Assembly: GCA_009845905.1 (NCBI GenBank)
Contig: VXYS01000013.1
Location: 98,924-162,923, forward strand
Direction: 5' to 3'
DNA: 64,000 nt
Origin: Gammaproteobacteria bacterium
Lineage (GTDB): Bacteria > Pseudomonadota > Gammaproteobacteria > Steroidobacterales > Foliamicaceae
Shown here: in pieces, positions 31,851 to 41,184 of the stretch
Layout of the letters: each line of letters starts with the position of its first letter
How positions within the stretch are numbered: position 1 is the stretch's first letter
Notes under the pieces: generated by a model
Databases searched by the model: none
Told to the model about the DNA's origin: nothing
Seen by the model: the letters and a program-made list of their open reading frames with translations, nothing else
Translations under genes and position numbers: made by a program

Positions 31851-32721
31851 CGGTGCGATATCTGTCCAGCAGTTCCTCGCTGAGGCCGAATTCCCGGGCC
31901 AGTCCCTTGAACAGTTCGCCGGTCACGGCGTTCTCGCCCCGGTCGAGCAGCGTGCCTTCGACCTGGCCCCTGACCATCTTCTGCAGGGCCTTGGGTACCC
32001 CGTCGAGCATTTCCAGCGCCTGGGCGTCCCACTCCATCGCGTCGGTTTCCGCGGCTTCCTCCGCTTCTTCCGTCTCCACGGGCGGCACGTACACGTCCGG
32101 CGGATCGCCCAGTACGTGCATGACCACGTCGCGGGTAGAGGTATGGAAATAGTCCCTGCGTTTCTCATCGCCCAGCCCCACCGGCAGGGCCATGGCCGGC
32201 AGGCGCTCGGCGCGGGGCAGGGCGGCCAGGCCCTTGTCCATCACGATGGCTTCGATATTGCCGATCACGTGGGCCTGGGTGCGGTCGAGTTCGTAGAACT
32301 TGTCGACCGTGCATTCCATGATCTGCGGGCACTCGGCGATGCTCGGCGGCTTGACCTTGCGCGAAGGGATCATCGTGTAGCCGGTGTAATCCAGTTCGTT
32401 GGCGCCCTCGGGATAGAAACGGCCGGTCTCCATCATGTCGTCGAGGGTCTCGTACTTCGGGCAGTTGATGACGAACTCCCCCGTGTCCCTTATGTTGATC
32501 ATCGTGTGCGCGGTGTTGCGGCCGCCCAGCAATATGCGCGGTTTCTTGTGCATCACGTCGTACTGCATGATGTGCGAAAAGGCGCCGGCGTTCACGCGGC
32601 CGTGCTTGTCCAGCGTGGTGACGATGGTGATGAGCTTGGGGAAGATCCAGTAATCCGAATACCAGAACGGCCGGATCCGCACTTCCTCCTTCTCGGGCAG
32701 TGTCTTAACTTGTGCGTCCAT
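31831..32721 (-). CDS. Flavin-reductase-like (FMN-binding split barrel) protein with a PCP_red-like C-terminal module
   Basis: Start at the ATG at 32721 (MDAQVKTLPEK...). The core is LITIVTTLDKHGRVNAGAFSH...NIRDTGEFVINCP. After an acidic linker the C-terminus reads WDAQALEMLDGVPKALQKMVRGQVEGTLLDRG, resembling the small helical domain at the end of BchB/ChlB. Confidence 0.6.
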   Translation of the reverse strand: MDAQVKTLPEKEEVRIRPFWYSDYWIFPKLITIVTTLDKHGRVNAGAFSHIMQYDVMHKKPRILLGGRNTAHTMINIRDTGEFVINCPKYETLDDMMETGRFYPEGANELDYTGYTMIPSRKVKPPSIAECPQIMECTVDKFYELDRTQAHVIGNIEAIVMDKGLAALPRAERLPAMALPVGLGDEKRRDYFHTSTRDVVMHVLGDPPDVYVPPVETEEAEEAAETDAMEWDAQALEMLDGVPKALQKMVRGQVEGTLLDRGENAVTGELFKGLAREFGLSEELLDRYRTDADTPA

Positions 32722-32847
32722 GTCGCGGAAGTATAGCCGCCATCCCTGATCCGGCGCGTGATTTTTCGATCTGCTAGACTCGCGCCGCGTCGCGTAGGTC
32801 GACCGGCCGGCCGGCGCCACATCGATACCAACAGGCGGAAAGATTCA

Positions 32848-33729
32848 ATGGGTTTGCTGGACCGCGTATTCGGCCCGAAGACGATCGACGAAAAGTTCGT
32901 CAACAGCCCGATGCGCGACAACTGGTACCAGGCCAGTTCGTACTGGCCGTCGTCCTTCTCGTTGATTACGACGGTCAGCGAAGATGGTTTGACCAATATC
33001 GGCCCGTATCAACTGACCCTTCCGTTCGAGGTCATCAAGGAGCGGTCCTTCCTGGTCTGCAGCCGCAAGGGATCGAATACCGAGACCAACCTGCATCGCA
33101 ATCCCAGGTGCGCCGTGAACTTCGTCGAGTTCGACCGGAAGAAGCTGAAGAAGATCGTGGGTCTGGGCTATCCGGGCCAGACCACCGAGGAGAAGATGGC
33201 GGACAACCCGTACACGCTGATCGAGAGTCCCACGCCCGGACGCGGAACGGCGGACGGATGCCCGCTGATCATCAAGGAAGCGTTCCAGGTGCATGAAGCG
33301 CACTGGGACGAGACGTTCCGGATCAAGGACGACGGCAGGACGCCCGAATACCTGGTGCTCCGGCTCGAGAACATCCTGCTGAAGGAAACCTGGGCGAAGA
33401 ACATCGAGAACGGCACCCGGCGCATGCCCAACATGCCCATCACGTTCGGGTTCCGTGACGGAGAGAAGTTCTGGTTCGCCGAAAGAAAAAAGGCCTTCTG
33501 GTTCCCGACGCCAACCGACAAGGGCCCTAAGGAAGAGTCGGTGCTCTACGAAGCCAACCGCATCGACCCGGAAGTCAGGTTCACGCGCGAAGCCTGCAAG
33601 CAACTGACCGGCATACCCAAGCCCTTCATCAAGACGGCACTCAAGGGAATCATCAAGCAGGCCAAGGAGCGCGGCGTCACCGAAGTCGACCGCGAATTCG
33701 TCGAGATGCTGAACAAGGAGCGCGGCTGA
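32848..33729 (+). CDS. Flavin-reductase-like protein with a PCP_red-like C-terminal module (paralogous architecture)
   Basis: Start at the ATG at 32848 (MGLLDRVFGPK...). The core is SLITTVSEDGLTNIGPYQL...NLHRNPRCAVNFV. The C-terminus reads VRFTREACKQLTGIPKPFIKTALKGIIKQAKERGVTEVDREFVEML. Confidence 0.6.
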   Translation: MGLLDRVFGPKTIDEKFVNSPMRDNWYQASSYWPSSFSLITTVSEDGLTNIGPYQLTLPFEVIKERSFLVCSRKGSNTETNLHRNPRCAVNFVEFDRKKLKKIVGLGYPGQTTEEKMADNPYTLIESPTPGRGTADGCPLIIKEAFQVHEAHWDETFRIKDDGRTPEYLVLRLENILLKETWAKNIENGTRRMPNMPITFGFRDGEKFWFAERKKAFWFPTPTDKGPKEESVLYEANRIDPEVRFTREACKQLTGIPKPFIKTALKGIIKQAKERGVTEVDREFVEMLNKERG

Positions 33730-33751
33730 ACGCCCCGGCTAACGGCCCTGA

Positions 33752-34288
33752 TCAGGCTCCCCCCGCGGGACTCAACACGATCGCCGCCCGGATCTCGTCA
33801 AAAACCGAGTCAGCAAACCCGTGGATCTGCTCGGTGGTCCGGTTCAGTACCGGGTGAGGCGTATACACGGACGCGCCGTCAAAACCTATCTTCGAGCACT
33901 GTTGCTCGAACGCCTGCTTGAACGCGGTCGTCAGGACGCTGACGCCGGGAATACCCAGGTTGTCGAGATCATTCAGGTCATGGGTCGAACACGATGTGCA
34001 CGACCCGCAGTCAGAGAGAGCCAATACGACCACATCGGTTTCGGTGACGATGTCCTGGATTATCTCGGTGGGGGCCGTGCGCGTATTCGTCGGTTTCTTG
34101 TACCGTTTGGTGGAAACTTTCGACTCGGTGAACAATTGTTCGAGGCGATCGACGAATTCGTCTCCCCGCATCTTGCCGATATCGAGCAGGGCCACGGTCT
34201 TGCCATCCAGTGACGCGGGTGGCGGCTGCCGCGGCCTGTTCACGGCAGCCGATTCCGCCGTGGGGTCTCGCAGGGTAATCGCGCTCAC
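33752..34288 (-). CDS. UGSC-family (seleno)protein homolog, Cys variant (CGSC)
   Basis: About 178 aa with the motif LALSDCGSCTSCSTHD. I recall an NCBI family named for a U-G-S-C motif, and here the first position is Cys. I set the start at the GTG at 34288, which forms a GTGA overlap with the upstream stop. The track ORF to 34351 lies inside the upstream gene. Confidence 0.5.
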   Translation of the reverse strand: MSAITLRDPTAESAAVNRPRQPPPASLDGKTVALLDIGKMRGDEFVDRLEQLFTESKVSTKRYKKPTNTRTAPTEIIQDIVTETDVVVLALSDCGSCTSCSTHDLNDLDNLGIPGVSVLTTAFKQAFEQQCSKIGFDGASVYTPHPVLNRTTEQIHGFADSVFDEIRAAIVLSPAGGA

Positions 34289-35730
34289 AACACGATTTCC
34301 CTCGTGACGGGCTGAGATTCCTCCCGAAAACGGCCACCGGTCCAGCCGCAAAGAATCGCCGAGTACAAGCCAGCCTGTCCGCCGGCGCGCACGATCAGCA
34401 GACCTTCGGGCCAGAACTTATTGACAGTCTCTTCGGCGCGGGCGGGATCGATACCCTCTCCGACGCCCTGGGCGCCCTGCATGATCTCGGCCCCGGGTCT
34501 CTTCAGGTTGTCGTGCAGCGACGCCGTGATGTCGGCGCGGTTCCATCCCGCATCGCGAAAGATGGCGTGATGCTCCGGCGACAGCACGAGCATCGCGTTC
34601 GTGAACTCGGCGAGCTTTACGTGGCCGACCGCCAGCAACGACATGGCCAGCGACTTGCTGAGTTCTTCAGGCGTATTGGAGCGCCAGTCGATGATCCCCT
34701 GCACCCCGTCGCCCTGGAACAAGGTGACGGTGTTCTGCCCCCGCGCAAACCCACGCGATACCGACAGCGGTTCCCAATCGGGATCTGTGTACTCGTCCTC
34801 GGCGAAACAGAACGTGTGTTTTCCCGGGCCGCCCAGCGTCGAGCGATCCAGATCGCCCGGTATGCCGCCGCCGACATTGCGCACGATCAACTGCAGTGCG
34901 CGGCCGATCGTCGAATTCGCCCGATTGCCCTGGCCGAGCGCGTTGATTCCCCAGTTCATCCCGATCCTTTTGGCGATCGGCCCGTTGACGACGATGATCG
35001 GCGACGAGAAGCACGTTGTGCAGAGCAGCCCGTGAAGCGTGAAGACGGGTTCGAGCGCGGCCTCCAGCGCGGCCAGAACGACCGGAAAATACTCGGGCTT
35101 GCAGCCTGCCATGACCGCGTTGACCGCGGCTTTTTCAACCGTGATCGACGCCAGGTTGGGCGGGACCTTGCCGATGACTTCGTCGGCTGCACGGCTCGTT
35201 CCCTTGAGCATGCGAAGAATGCGCGCATCGGTCGGTGGCGTGACCGGCAGGCCATCGGTCCAACCGTGATCGAAGCAGGACTCCATTTCGTCGTCCCAGT
35301 CCTCTAGGCGAACGACCCGTGCGGACAACCCGGGGTCTCCATACCTTGCGACCAGATTCTCGTAAATTCCGGGCTCGATGCTCCTGGAACCACACCCGGG
35401 GCGAAACTCGGGCAGGTCCTCCGCCAGCGTCGGCAAGTCCAGCATTTCTCGCCAGCCGGCCCTGTCCCAGCCATCGACGCGACCCGTTTCACTGTCGTGG
35501 TCGAGCGCGATCAGAGTCGGCGTCGTCTCCACGTTCCAGCGGTACGACTCTTCCAGCAACGTATCGTCGCCGGGCGAATGCGCGCCGAGAAATGCCGGAT
35601 CGTCCTGTACCAGGATTCTTATCGCCTTGCCGGCATCGATTGCTTCTCCGATGACCGGCTCGATCAGTTGACAGGTCTCGCACTCCGCCTTGACGAACAG
35701 GAGGTGCGAAATTTGCGAGGCATCGCCCAT
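34285..35730 (-). CDS. Thioredoxin-fold domain (CxxC = CETC) fused to a large uncharacterised conserved domain
   Basis: Start at the ATG at 35730. The first ~110 aa look like a thioredoxin fold (LLFVKAECETCQLIEPVI...TTPTLIAL). The remaining ~370 aa (GWTDGLPVTPPT...TVEKAAVNAVMAGCKPEYFPVVLAA...VVNGPIAKRIGMN...GNRANSTIGRALQLIVRNVGGG...) match no family I can name. Confidence 0.55.
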   Translation of the reverse strand: MGDASQISHLLFVKAECETCQLIEPVIGEAIDAGKAIRILVQDDPAFLGAHSPGDDTLLEESYRWNVETTPTLIALDHDSETGRVDGWDRAGWREMLDLPTLAEDLPEFRPGCGSRSIEPGIYENLVARYGDPGLSARVVRLEDWDDEMESCFDHGWTDGLPVTPPTDARILRMLKGTSRAADEVIGKVPPNLASITVEKAAVNAVMAGCKPEYFPVVLAALEAALEPVFTLHGLLCTTCFSSPIIVVNGPIAKRIGMNWGINALGQGNRANSTIGRALQLIVRNVGGGIPGDLDRSTLGGPGKHTFCFAEDEYTDPDWEPLSVSRGFARGQNTVTLFQGDGVQGIIDWRSNTPEELSKSLAMSLLAVGHVKLAEFTNAMLVLSPEHHAIFRDAGWNRADITASLHDNLKRPGAEIMQGAQGVGEGIDPARAEETVNKFWPEGLLIVRAGGQAGLYSAILCGWTGGRFREESQPVTREIVL

Positions 35731-35753
35731 TTTCAAGCGCCTTCAAAAAATAC

Positions 35754-35782
35754 TTGAATGGTAGTATGGTAAATGGCATACT
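35754..35782 (+). promoter_or_regulatory. Candidate sigma70 promoter for the TonB-dependent receptor, overlapping a 6-bp inverted repeat
   Basis: TTGAAT (35754-35759), a 17-nt spacer, then CATACT (35777-35782), in the only AT-rich stretch of the divergent intergenic region. The inverted repeat is AGTATG-N8-CATACT at 35763-35782. Confidence 0.3.
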
Positions 35783-35874
35783 CCCTGATGTCTACATGAG
35801 CGAGTGGCGACTCTTGGTTGTGTAGAGGGAAAACCGAACAATGGACCAGCCGCAGGTCCGAAGGAGAAATCCAC

Positions 35875-38871
35875 ATGAAAAATCAACTGAGATTCGCCCT
35901 GCCAATGCTCGCGCTGCTGGTGGCCAATCCCGCGATCGCTCAGGATGCTGCATCGGATGATGTGGACGGAAATGATGCGATCGTGGAGGAGGTGGTCGTT
36001 ACGGGTTCACGTATTGCCAGAAATCCGGCCGACGTCGCGGCGCCCTTGGTCTCGGTCGGTTCGGACGACGTACTTTATTCCAACACACCGGATCTGGGTC
36101 AATTTTTACAGGAATTGCCCCAGCTTTCCAGCTTCGGTGGGCGTCAGTCCATTTCGGCGGACGAACGCAACGGGTCAACCAGCAGTACAGGATTGAGTCG
36201 GGCCAATCTGCGCGGTCTGGGCACGTCTCGGACTCTGGTTCTGGTGAATGGCAAGCGGCATGTTTCCGGGGCTGCCGGCACCCAGGCAATCGACCTGTCG
36301 ACCATTCCTCCTATCCTGATCCGGTCGGTGGAGGTCATCACCGGCGGCGCATCCGCGGTTTACGGATCTGATGCGGTAACCGGTGTGGTGAACATCATCC
36401 TCGACGATGAACTGGAAGGCATTGTCTTTGACACCAACTACAACCGCCGATTCGAGAATTCCGCCGGCGAAAACTACCGGTTCGCCATTGCGGGCGGTTC
36501 GGAACTGGCGGACGGGCGCGGGCATATCACCGCGTCTGTCCAGTACGACCGGCAAAGCCTCATGTTGGCGCCCGATCAGCCATTCTCGAACAATTATCAG
36601 AGGGTGAACGTCACCGACGCCAATAACGTCAGGGGCGACGGCAATCCCGATCACGTGATATTGCCGAATGTAGCCGAAGACATCATAGGCCCCTTCAGTG
36701 TTTTCAACGTGTTCGGTGAATATGCCGCGGCATTGGGTGATACCGGGCGCTGGAGCTTTACCGAAGACGGCCGCGACATATTCAGATTGCCTGAACCTAT
36801 TGTCGCCGGGCGGTATCCGCGTCCCCAGAACCTTATTCTGGGTGACTTCGCCGAAATCACTCCCGCGCTTGGGCCGCGTGATCCGTACCTGACCATTATT
36901 CCCTCGGCCGAGCGATTCGTCAGTACTGCAAGCGTAAAGTTTGACGTGGGCGCCAGTTTTGAAGCTTATGCCGACACCAAGTACTCCAAGACTTCCGGCC
37001 GCGATGTCGATTTTCCCCGGCAAATCATTTTTGCGCGGATCAATGTTGCGGACAATCCCTACCTTCCGGAATCGGTTCGCGCCCGGTTCCTGGCCGGCGG
37101 GGTAGGGGAGGTTCGAATTCTGGACAACGTACTTGAGCTTGAAACTTCCGGGGAGTGGTATGACCGCCAGTCTTCAACCATCGTTGCCGGTCTTCGCGGC
37201 GACTTCGATGCAGGATTCTCCGCACTGACGCTTGACGCCTATGCGCAATACGGTTCAACCCGTAATGAGATTCGCCGGGCGCCGCAACGAATCACACCCA
37301 ACCTGGGCGCGGCCATCGATGCCGTAATCGATCCGGCCACGGGCAGGCCCGCGTGCCGCAGCCATGTGCCGTCCGCGCAGCCTGCCGGCTATCGCAGTCC
37401 GGCGAGTGTCGATGCCGGCAATTGCGCGCCCCTGAATCCGTTCGGCATTGGCCTCGTATCGCAGGAAGCGCTCGACTTCGTGTTCAAGCCGGCGACCAAC
37501 CTCCAGGAGGTCGACCAGGCCGTCCTGGGTCTTACGTTCACGGGCGACACCAATCGCTTTGCCAATCTTCCCGGCGGGCCGGTCTATTTTGCGGGCGGCG
37601 TCGAGTATCGGGACGAATCGGCCGCCTTTGACTGGGATACGCTCGAGGAACTCGGGGCTTTTGGAGGCCCCGCTTCGGATTCATCGGCCTCGTTCGATGT
37701 ATCCGAGGTTTTCGCCGAGGTGAGTGTGCCGGTGCTGGATACTCTGACGCTCGATGGAGCGGTCCGCTACGCGGACTACAGTCATGCCGGCGGAGCGACG
37801 GCCTGGAAGGTCAGCGGCAATTTCGCGCCCGTAGAGAGATTCGGTATCCGCGGCACGTACTCCGAGGCCGTGAGAGCGCCGAACCTGACGGAGGCCTTCT
37901 CGCCCGCGTCACAGATGAACTTCCTGCCCGACGACTTGTGCGACTTCGAGTTCCTGGCAAACGAAACGCAGACCGTTGCCAACAACTGCGCCGCCCTGGG
38001 TCTGGGCCCCGACTTCGATGCCTTTGACGGCTTGACGATTTTCGGATCGGTCAGCGGGAACGAGAATCTGACGCCCGAGGAGTCGGAAAGCTACACCTTC
38101 GGCGTTGTCTTCAGGCCATTCGAAGGCTGGGAATTCTCCATTGACTACTACTCGATCGAGATTACCGACGCGATCGCTTCCATTGGCGGGCAGGACATCG
38201 TCAATCTTTGTCTGCGCGACGAGACCGGAATCAACAACCAGTTCTGTGACCGTATTGCACGGAACCCGGGACCGGGCGATACGCCGCGCGGCGTTCCAGT
38301 CGGCGGCATTATCGACATCGCTTCCGGCTTCGTGAATGTCGCAGCGCTCGAGACCAGCGGTTTCGATGTCGCGGGTTCGTTTTTCGGGGACGCGAGCGAT
38401 CTGACATTCGGGATGCTCAAGACGGGCACGATGTCCTTCAACATCGTATATACCAATGTGGACGAGCTGTCGGAGTTCCCGTTCCAGAACGATCCGTCCA
38501 GGGAAGACGTCAAGGCCGGTGAGATTGGCCGTCCGAAGCATCAATTCAAGGCAGCTCTCGCATACAGCGGAGGCCTGTTTGATGTTCGGTGGGAATTGCT
38601 CTATATCGGCAATCAGGTAGCGAGGAACATTTCCTTCGACGAGCCCGACATTGTGTCGCCGGATGACACGGGCACGACCCTTTACAACGATGTGTTCGTT
38701 TCGAAGACTCTGGACTGGTTTGGGTCGGAAACCATGGTTTATGCAGGAATCAACAATCTGTTCGATGAGGAACCCCCCATAGCGGCGCTGGAACTCACCG
38801 CGCGGAACGAGGCTGCCAACTTTGATCAATACGGCCGCAACTACGTGCTCGGCGCCAGGGTCCAGTTCTAA
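35875..38871 (+). CDS. TonB-dependent outer-membrane receptor
   Basis: Start at the ATG at 35875 (MKNQLRFALPMLALLVANPAIAQD). It has a TonB-box/plug region EEVVVTGSRIARN and NLRGLGTSRTLVLVNGKR, a long beta-barrel, and a terminal ...YVLGARVQF. Confidence 0.9.
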   Translation: MKNQLRFALPMLALLVANPAIAQDAASDDVDGNDAIVEEVVVTGSRIARNPADVAAPLVSVGSDDVLYSNTPDLGQFLQELPQLSSFGGRQSISADERNGSTSSTGLSRANLRGLGTSRTLVLVNGKRHVSGAAGTQAIDLSTIPPILIRSVEVITGGASAVYGSDAVTGVVNIILDDELEGIVFDTNYNRRFENSAGENYRFAIAGGSELADGRGHITASVQYDRQSLMLAPDQPFSNNYQRVNVTDANNVRGDGNPDHVILPNVAEDIIGPFSVFNVFGEYAAALGDTGRWSFTEDGRDIFRLPEPIVAGRYPRPQNLILGDFAEITPALGPRDPYLTIIPSAERFVSTASVKFDVGASFEAYADTKYSKTSGRDVDFPRQIIFARINVADNPYLPESVRARFLAGGVGEVRILDNVLELETSGEWYDRQSSTIVAGLRGDFDAGFSALTLDAYAQYGSTRNEIRRAPQRITPNLGAAIDAVIDPATGRPACRSHVPSAQPAGYRSPASVDAGNCAPLNPFGIGLVSQEALDFVFKPATNLQEVDQAVLGLTFTGDTNRFANLPGGPVYFAGGVEYRDESAAFDWDTLEELGAFGGPASDSSASFDVSEVFAEVSVPVLDTLTLDGAVRYADYSHAGGATAWKVSGNFAPVERFGIRGTYSEAVRAPNLTEAFSPASQMNFLPDDLCDFEFLANETQTVANNCAALGLGPDFDAFDGLTIFGSVSGNENLTPEESESYTFGVVFRPFEGWEFSIDYYSIEITDAIASIGGQDIVNLCLRDETGINNQFCDRIARNPGPGDTPRGVPVGGIIDIASGFVNVAALETSGFDVAGSFFGDASDLTFGMLKTGTMSFNIVYTNVDELSEFPFQNDPSREDVKAGEIGRPKHQFKAALAYSGGLFDVRWELLYIGNQVARNISFDEPDIVSPDDTGTTLYNDVFVSKTLDWFGSETMVYAGINNLFDEEPPIAALELTARNEAANFDQYGRNYVLGARVQF

Positions 38872-38922
38872 TTCCGGGGTCCCCATGTTCATGGGCGAAC
38901 AGTCTGAACGTCCATGACTAAC

Positions 38923-38959
38923 GCTGTGCGCTCACCGACCCGTTCGGTGAGCGCACAGC
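38923..38959 (+). terminator. Strong stem-loop downstream of the receptor gene (putative terminator or attenuator)
   Basis: Perfect 16-bp stem GCTGTGCGCTCACCGA / TCGGTGAGCGCACAGC with the 5-nt loop CCCGT. No T-tract follows it, so its role as an intrinsic terminator is uncertain. Confidence 0.45.
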
Positions 38960-39040
38960 CATCTACAAGCCAGAGCCAGGCGCGTGGCCGGAGCCTCGCT
39001 GAATCGGTGAGGGGCTCCATTCGGATAAGGTACGTTCACT

Positions 39041-41131
39041 GTGAAGATTTCATCAGGCATTTGCAGTAGTGCATTGCCGATACTGTTCGCGGCAGCGGCG
39101 GGACTGTCTGTTTCAGCCTGCGGCGAAGGCCGCGAATCGACTGCCCCGCTCGATGACCGGGATCCTTCAACGGTGGTCGACGGGAATTGGCCGAATACCG
39201 GACGAAATTTCAGCGAGGACCGGTTTTCCCCGCTGGATCAGATATCACACTCCAATGTCTCCGAATTGGGACTCGCCTGGCGCATGCCGGTCGCTACGGC
39301 AACGAACCTCAAGGGCACTCCGATCGCGGTGAACGGATCCCTTTTCGTCACCGACGGATGGGGTGTCGTGAGCAAGGTTGACGGCGCCTCCGGAGAGCTG
39401 ATCTGGAGATACGCCCCCGAGCCCGATCACAGTGCGGTGCGGGGAGCCTGCTGCACCGTCCTGAACAGGGGTCCCACGAGTTCGGACGGCAAGGTCTTCG
39501 CGGCCGCTTTCGATGGTCAGCTTTTCGCTCTGGACATGGAGAGCGGTGAGGAGATCTGGAAAGTGGACACGATAGACGGCGAAGGGCTCTATTCAAGCTC
39601 GGGGGCGCCGCGTATTGCCGGAGAAAACGTCCTTATCGGGAACGCCGGCGCCGAGTTCGCTGTCCGGGGTTATGTGTCGGCCTACAACAAGGACACGGGC
39701 GAACTGGCCTGGCGCTTTTACACGGTACCCGGGAACCCGGGAGACGGGTTCGAGAATGCCGCCATGGAAATGGCTGCCGGCACCTGGAACGGCGCCTGGT
39801 GGGAAAACGGCGGCGGTGGAACCGTCTGGGACTCCATGTCCTATGACCCGGAGCTGGATCTTGTCTACATCGGTGTGGGGAACGGGTCTCCATGGAATCG
39901 GGAGACCCGCAGCCCGGGTGGGGGCGACAATCTTTTCCTCTCGTCCATCGTTGCGCTCAATGCGACGACCGGGGACTACGTCTGGCACTACCAGACCACG
40001 CCAGGCGATTCCTGGGACTTTACCGCTACCTCGCCCATGGTCCTGACCGATATCGAGATTGATGGCCAGTTGCGCCAGGTCATCATGCAGTCGCCGAAAA
40101 ACGGCTTCTTTTATGTGCTGGATCGCCGTTCCGGCGAACTCCTGTCGGCGGACCCGATTGCCACCGTGAACTGGGCCTCGCATGTTGACATGGAGACCGG
40201 TCGCCCCGTCGAACACCCCAATGCAAGATTCATCGAAGAACCGTTCCTGGGCATCCCGGGGCCGAGTGGCCACCGGAATTGGCACGGCATGTCTTTTCAC
40301 CGGCCTTCCGGGCTGATGTTCATGGCGGTAAACGAAACGGCCTTCCTGTTTACCCAGACCGACGACATCGTTGAAGTGCAGGGCCGTTTCCGGCAGGACC
40401 TGGGATACAGGCCGTGGCAGGATCTGGCTTCGATCCTCGAGGAAAGGGGCGTGACGCTCGAGGGTCAATACCTGCTCGCCTGGGACCCGGTGGCCCGGAA
40501 AGAGGCCTGGCGGGCCAGCCGTAATCCGCCGCGCGGCGGCAGCGTTCTTTCAACCGCCGGAGAACTGGTGTTTCAGTCCGATCGATCCGGTGAGTTTGCG
40601 GCCTACCATGCAAGGACGGGCGAAAGGCTTTGGTCGGCCTCCCTCAACACGGGCGCCGTCGGCGGGCCGATTTCCTATGAGGTGGACGGTCGGCAATACA
40701 TAGCCATTCTTGGGGGCCATGCGCATCCAGGCTACAACATGGCTAGAAACGCGGCCCTGTTCGCTTTCAGCTTGGGCGGCGACCGCCCCTTGCCTGCAAG
40801 AATCGAATGGCCGGTGGACAACTATGAAGCGGTGACCCTTACCGCGGAGCAGTCAGCAATGGTTGGACTTGGCGACAGGCTGTACCATGCGCACTGCCTG
40901 CATTGCCACGGTCCGAATGCCGCAAGTGGCGGCAATGTTTCCGACCTGAGGTACTCGCACATTTCAATCTTTGACATCTGGACGGAAATTGTCCTTGACG
41001 GGACGCTTGAATCCAACGGAATGCCCGCGCATGCCGATGTTCTGACGCAGGAAGAGTCCGACGCAATCAAGTACTACGTCCAGGATCAAGCCAACCTCAG
41101 AAAAGTTGCCCTTTCCGGCGCCGACGACTGA
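39041..41131 (+). CDS. Quinohemoprotein alcohol dehydrogenase (PQQ propeller plus C-terminal cytochrome c), lipoprotein-type leader
   Basis: GTG start with leader ...AAAGLSVSAC (a lipobox-like sequence). PQQ-ADH features include the vicinal-Cys VRGACCTVLNRG and repeated W-motifs. The C-terminal heme site is CLHCHG with the downstream Met region SNGMPAH. Confidence 0.88.
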   Translation: MKISSGICSSALPILFAAAAGLSVSACGEGRESTAPLDDRDPSTVVDGNWPNTGRNFSEDRFSPLDQISHSNVSELGLAWRMPVATATNLKGTPIAVNGSLFVTDGWGVVSKVDGASGELIWRYAPEPDHSAVRGACCTVLNRGPTSSDGKVFAAAFDGQLFALDMESGEEIWKVDTIDGEGLYSSSGAPRIAGENVLIGNAGAEFAVRGYVSAYNKDTGELAWRFYTVPGNPGDGFENAAMEMAAGTWNGAWWENGGGGTVWDSMSYDPELDLVYIGVGNGSPWNRETRSPGGGDNLFLSSIVALNATTGDYVWHYQTTPGDSWDFTATSPMVLTDIEIDGQLRQVIMQSPKNGFFYVLDRRSGELLSADPIATVNWASHVDMETGRPVEHPNARFIEEPFLGIPGPSGHRNWHGMSFHRPSGLMFMAVNETAFLFTQTDDIVEVQGRFRQDLGYRPWQDLASILEERGVTLEGQYLLAWDPVARKEAWRASRNPPRGGSVLSTAGELVFQSDRSGEFAAYHARTGERLWSASLNTGAVGGPISYEVDGRQYIAILGGHAHPGYNMARNAALFAFSLGGDRPLPARIEWPVDNYEAVTLTAEQSAMVGLGDRLYHAHCLHCHGPNAASGGNVSDLRYSHISIFDIWTEIVLDGTLESNGMPAHADVLTQEESDAIKYYVQDQANLRKVALSGADD

Positions 41132-41184
41132 TCTTCAGTTCGGTAATACCCTGAACGGGCCGCATTGGCCGGATGGGGGCGGTC

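Noticed and set aside
33752-34288. Selenocysteine recoding (in-frame TGA plus SECIS) in the UGSC-family homolog
   Set aside because: The ORF is uninterrupted and the motif position is encoded as Cys (CGSC). No in-frame TGA is present, so this is the Cys form.
35731-35874. Riboswitch (for example cobalamin) upstream of the TonB-dependent receptor, and likewise upstream of mcm (7987-8036)
   Set aside because: I could not find a B12-box-like GCCACTG core or the conserved AGGGAA/GGTG helices. The mcm leader is only about 50 nt. I report only a tentative promoter and a short inverted repeat.
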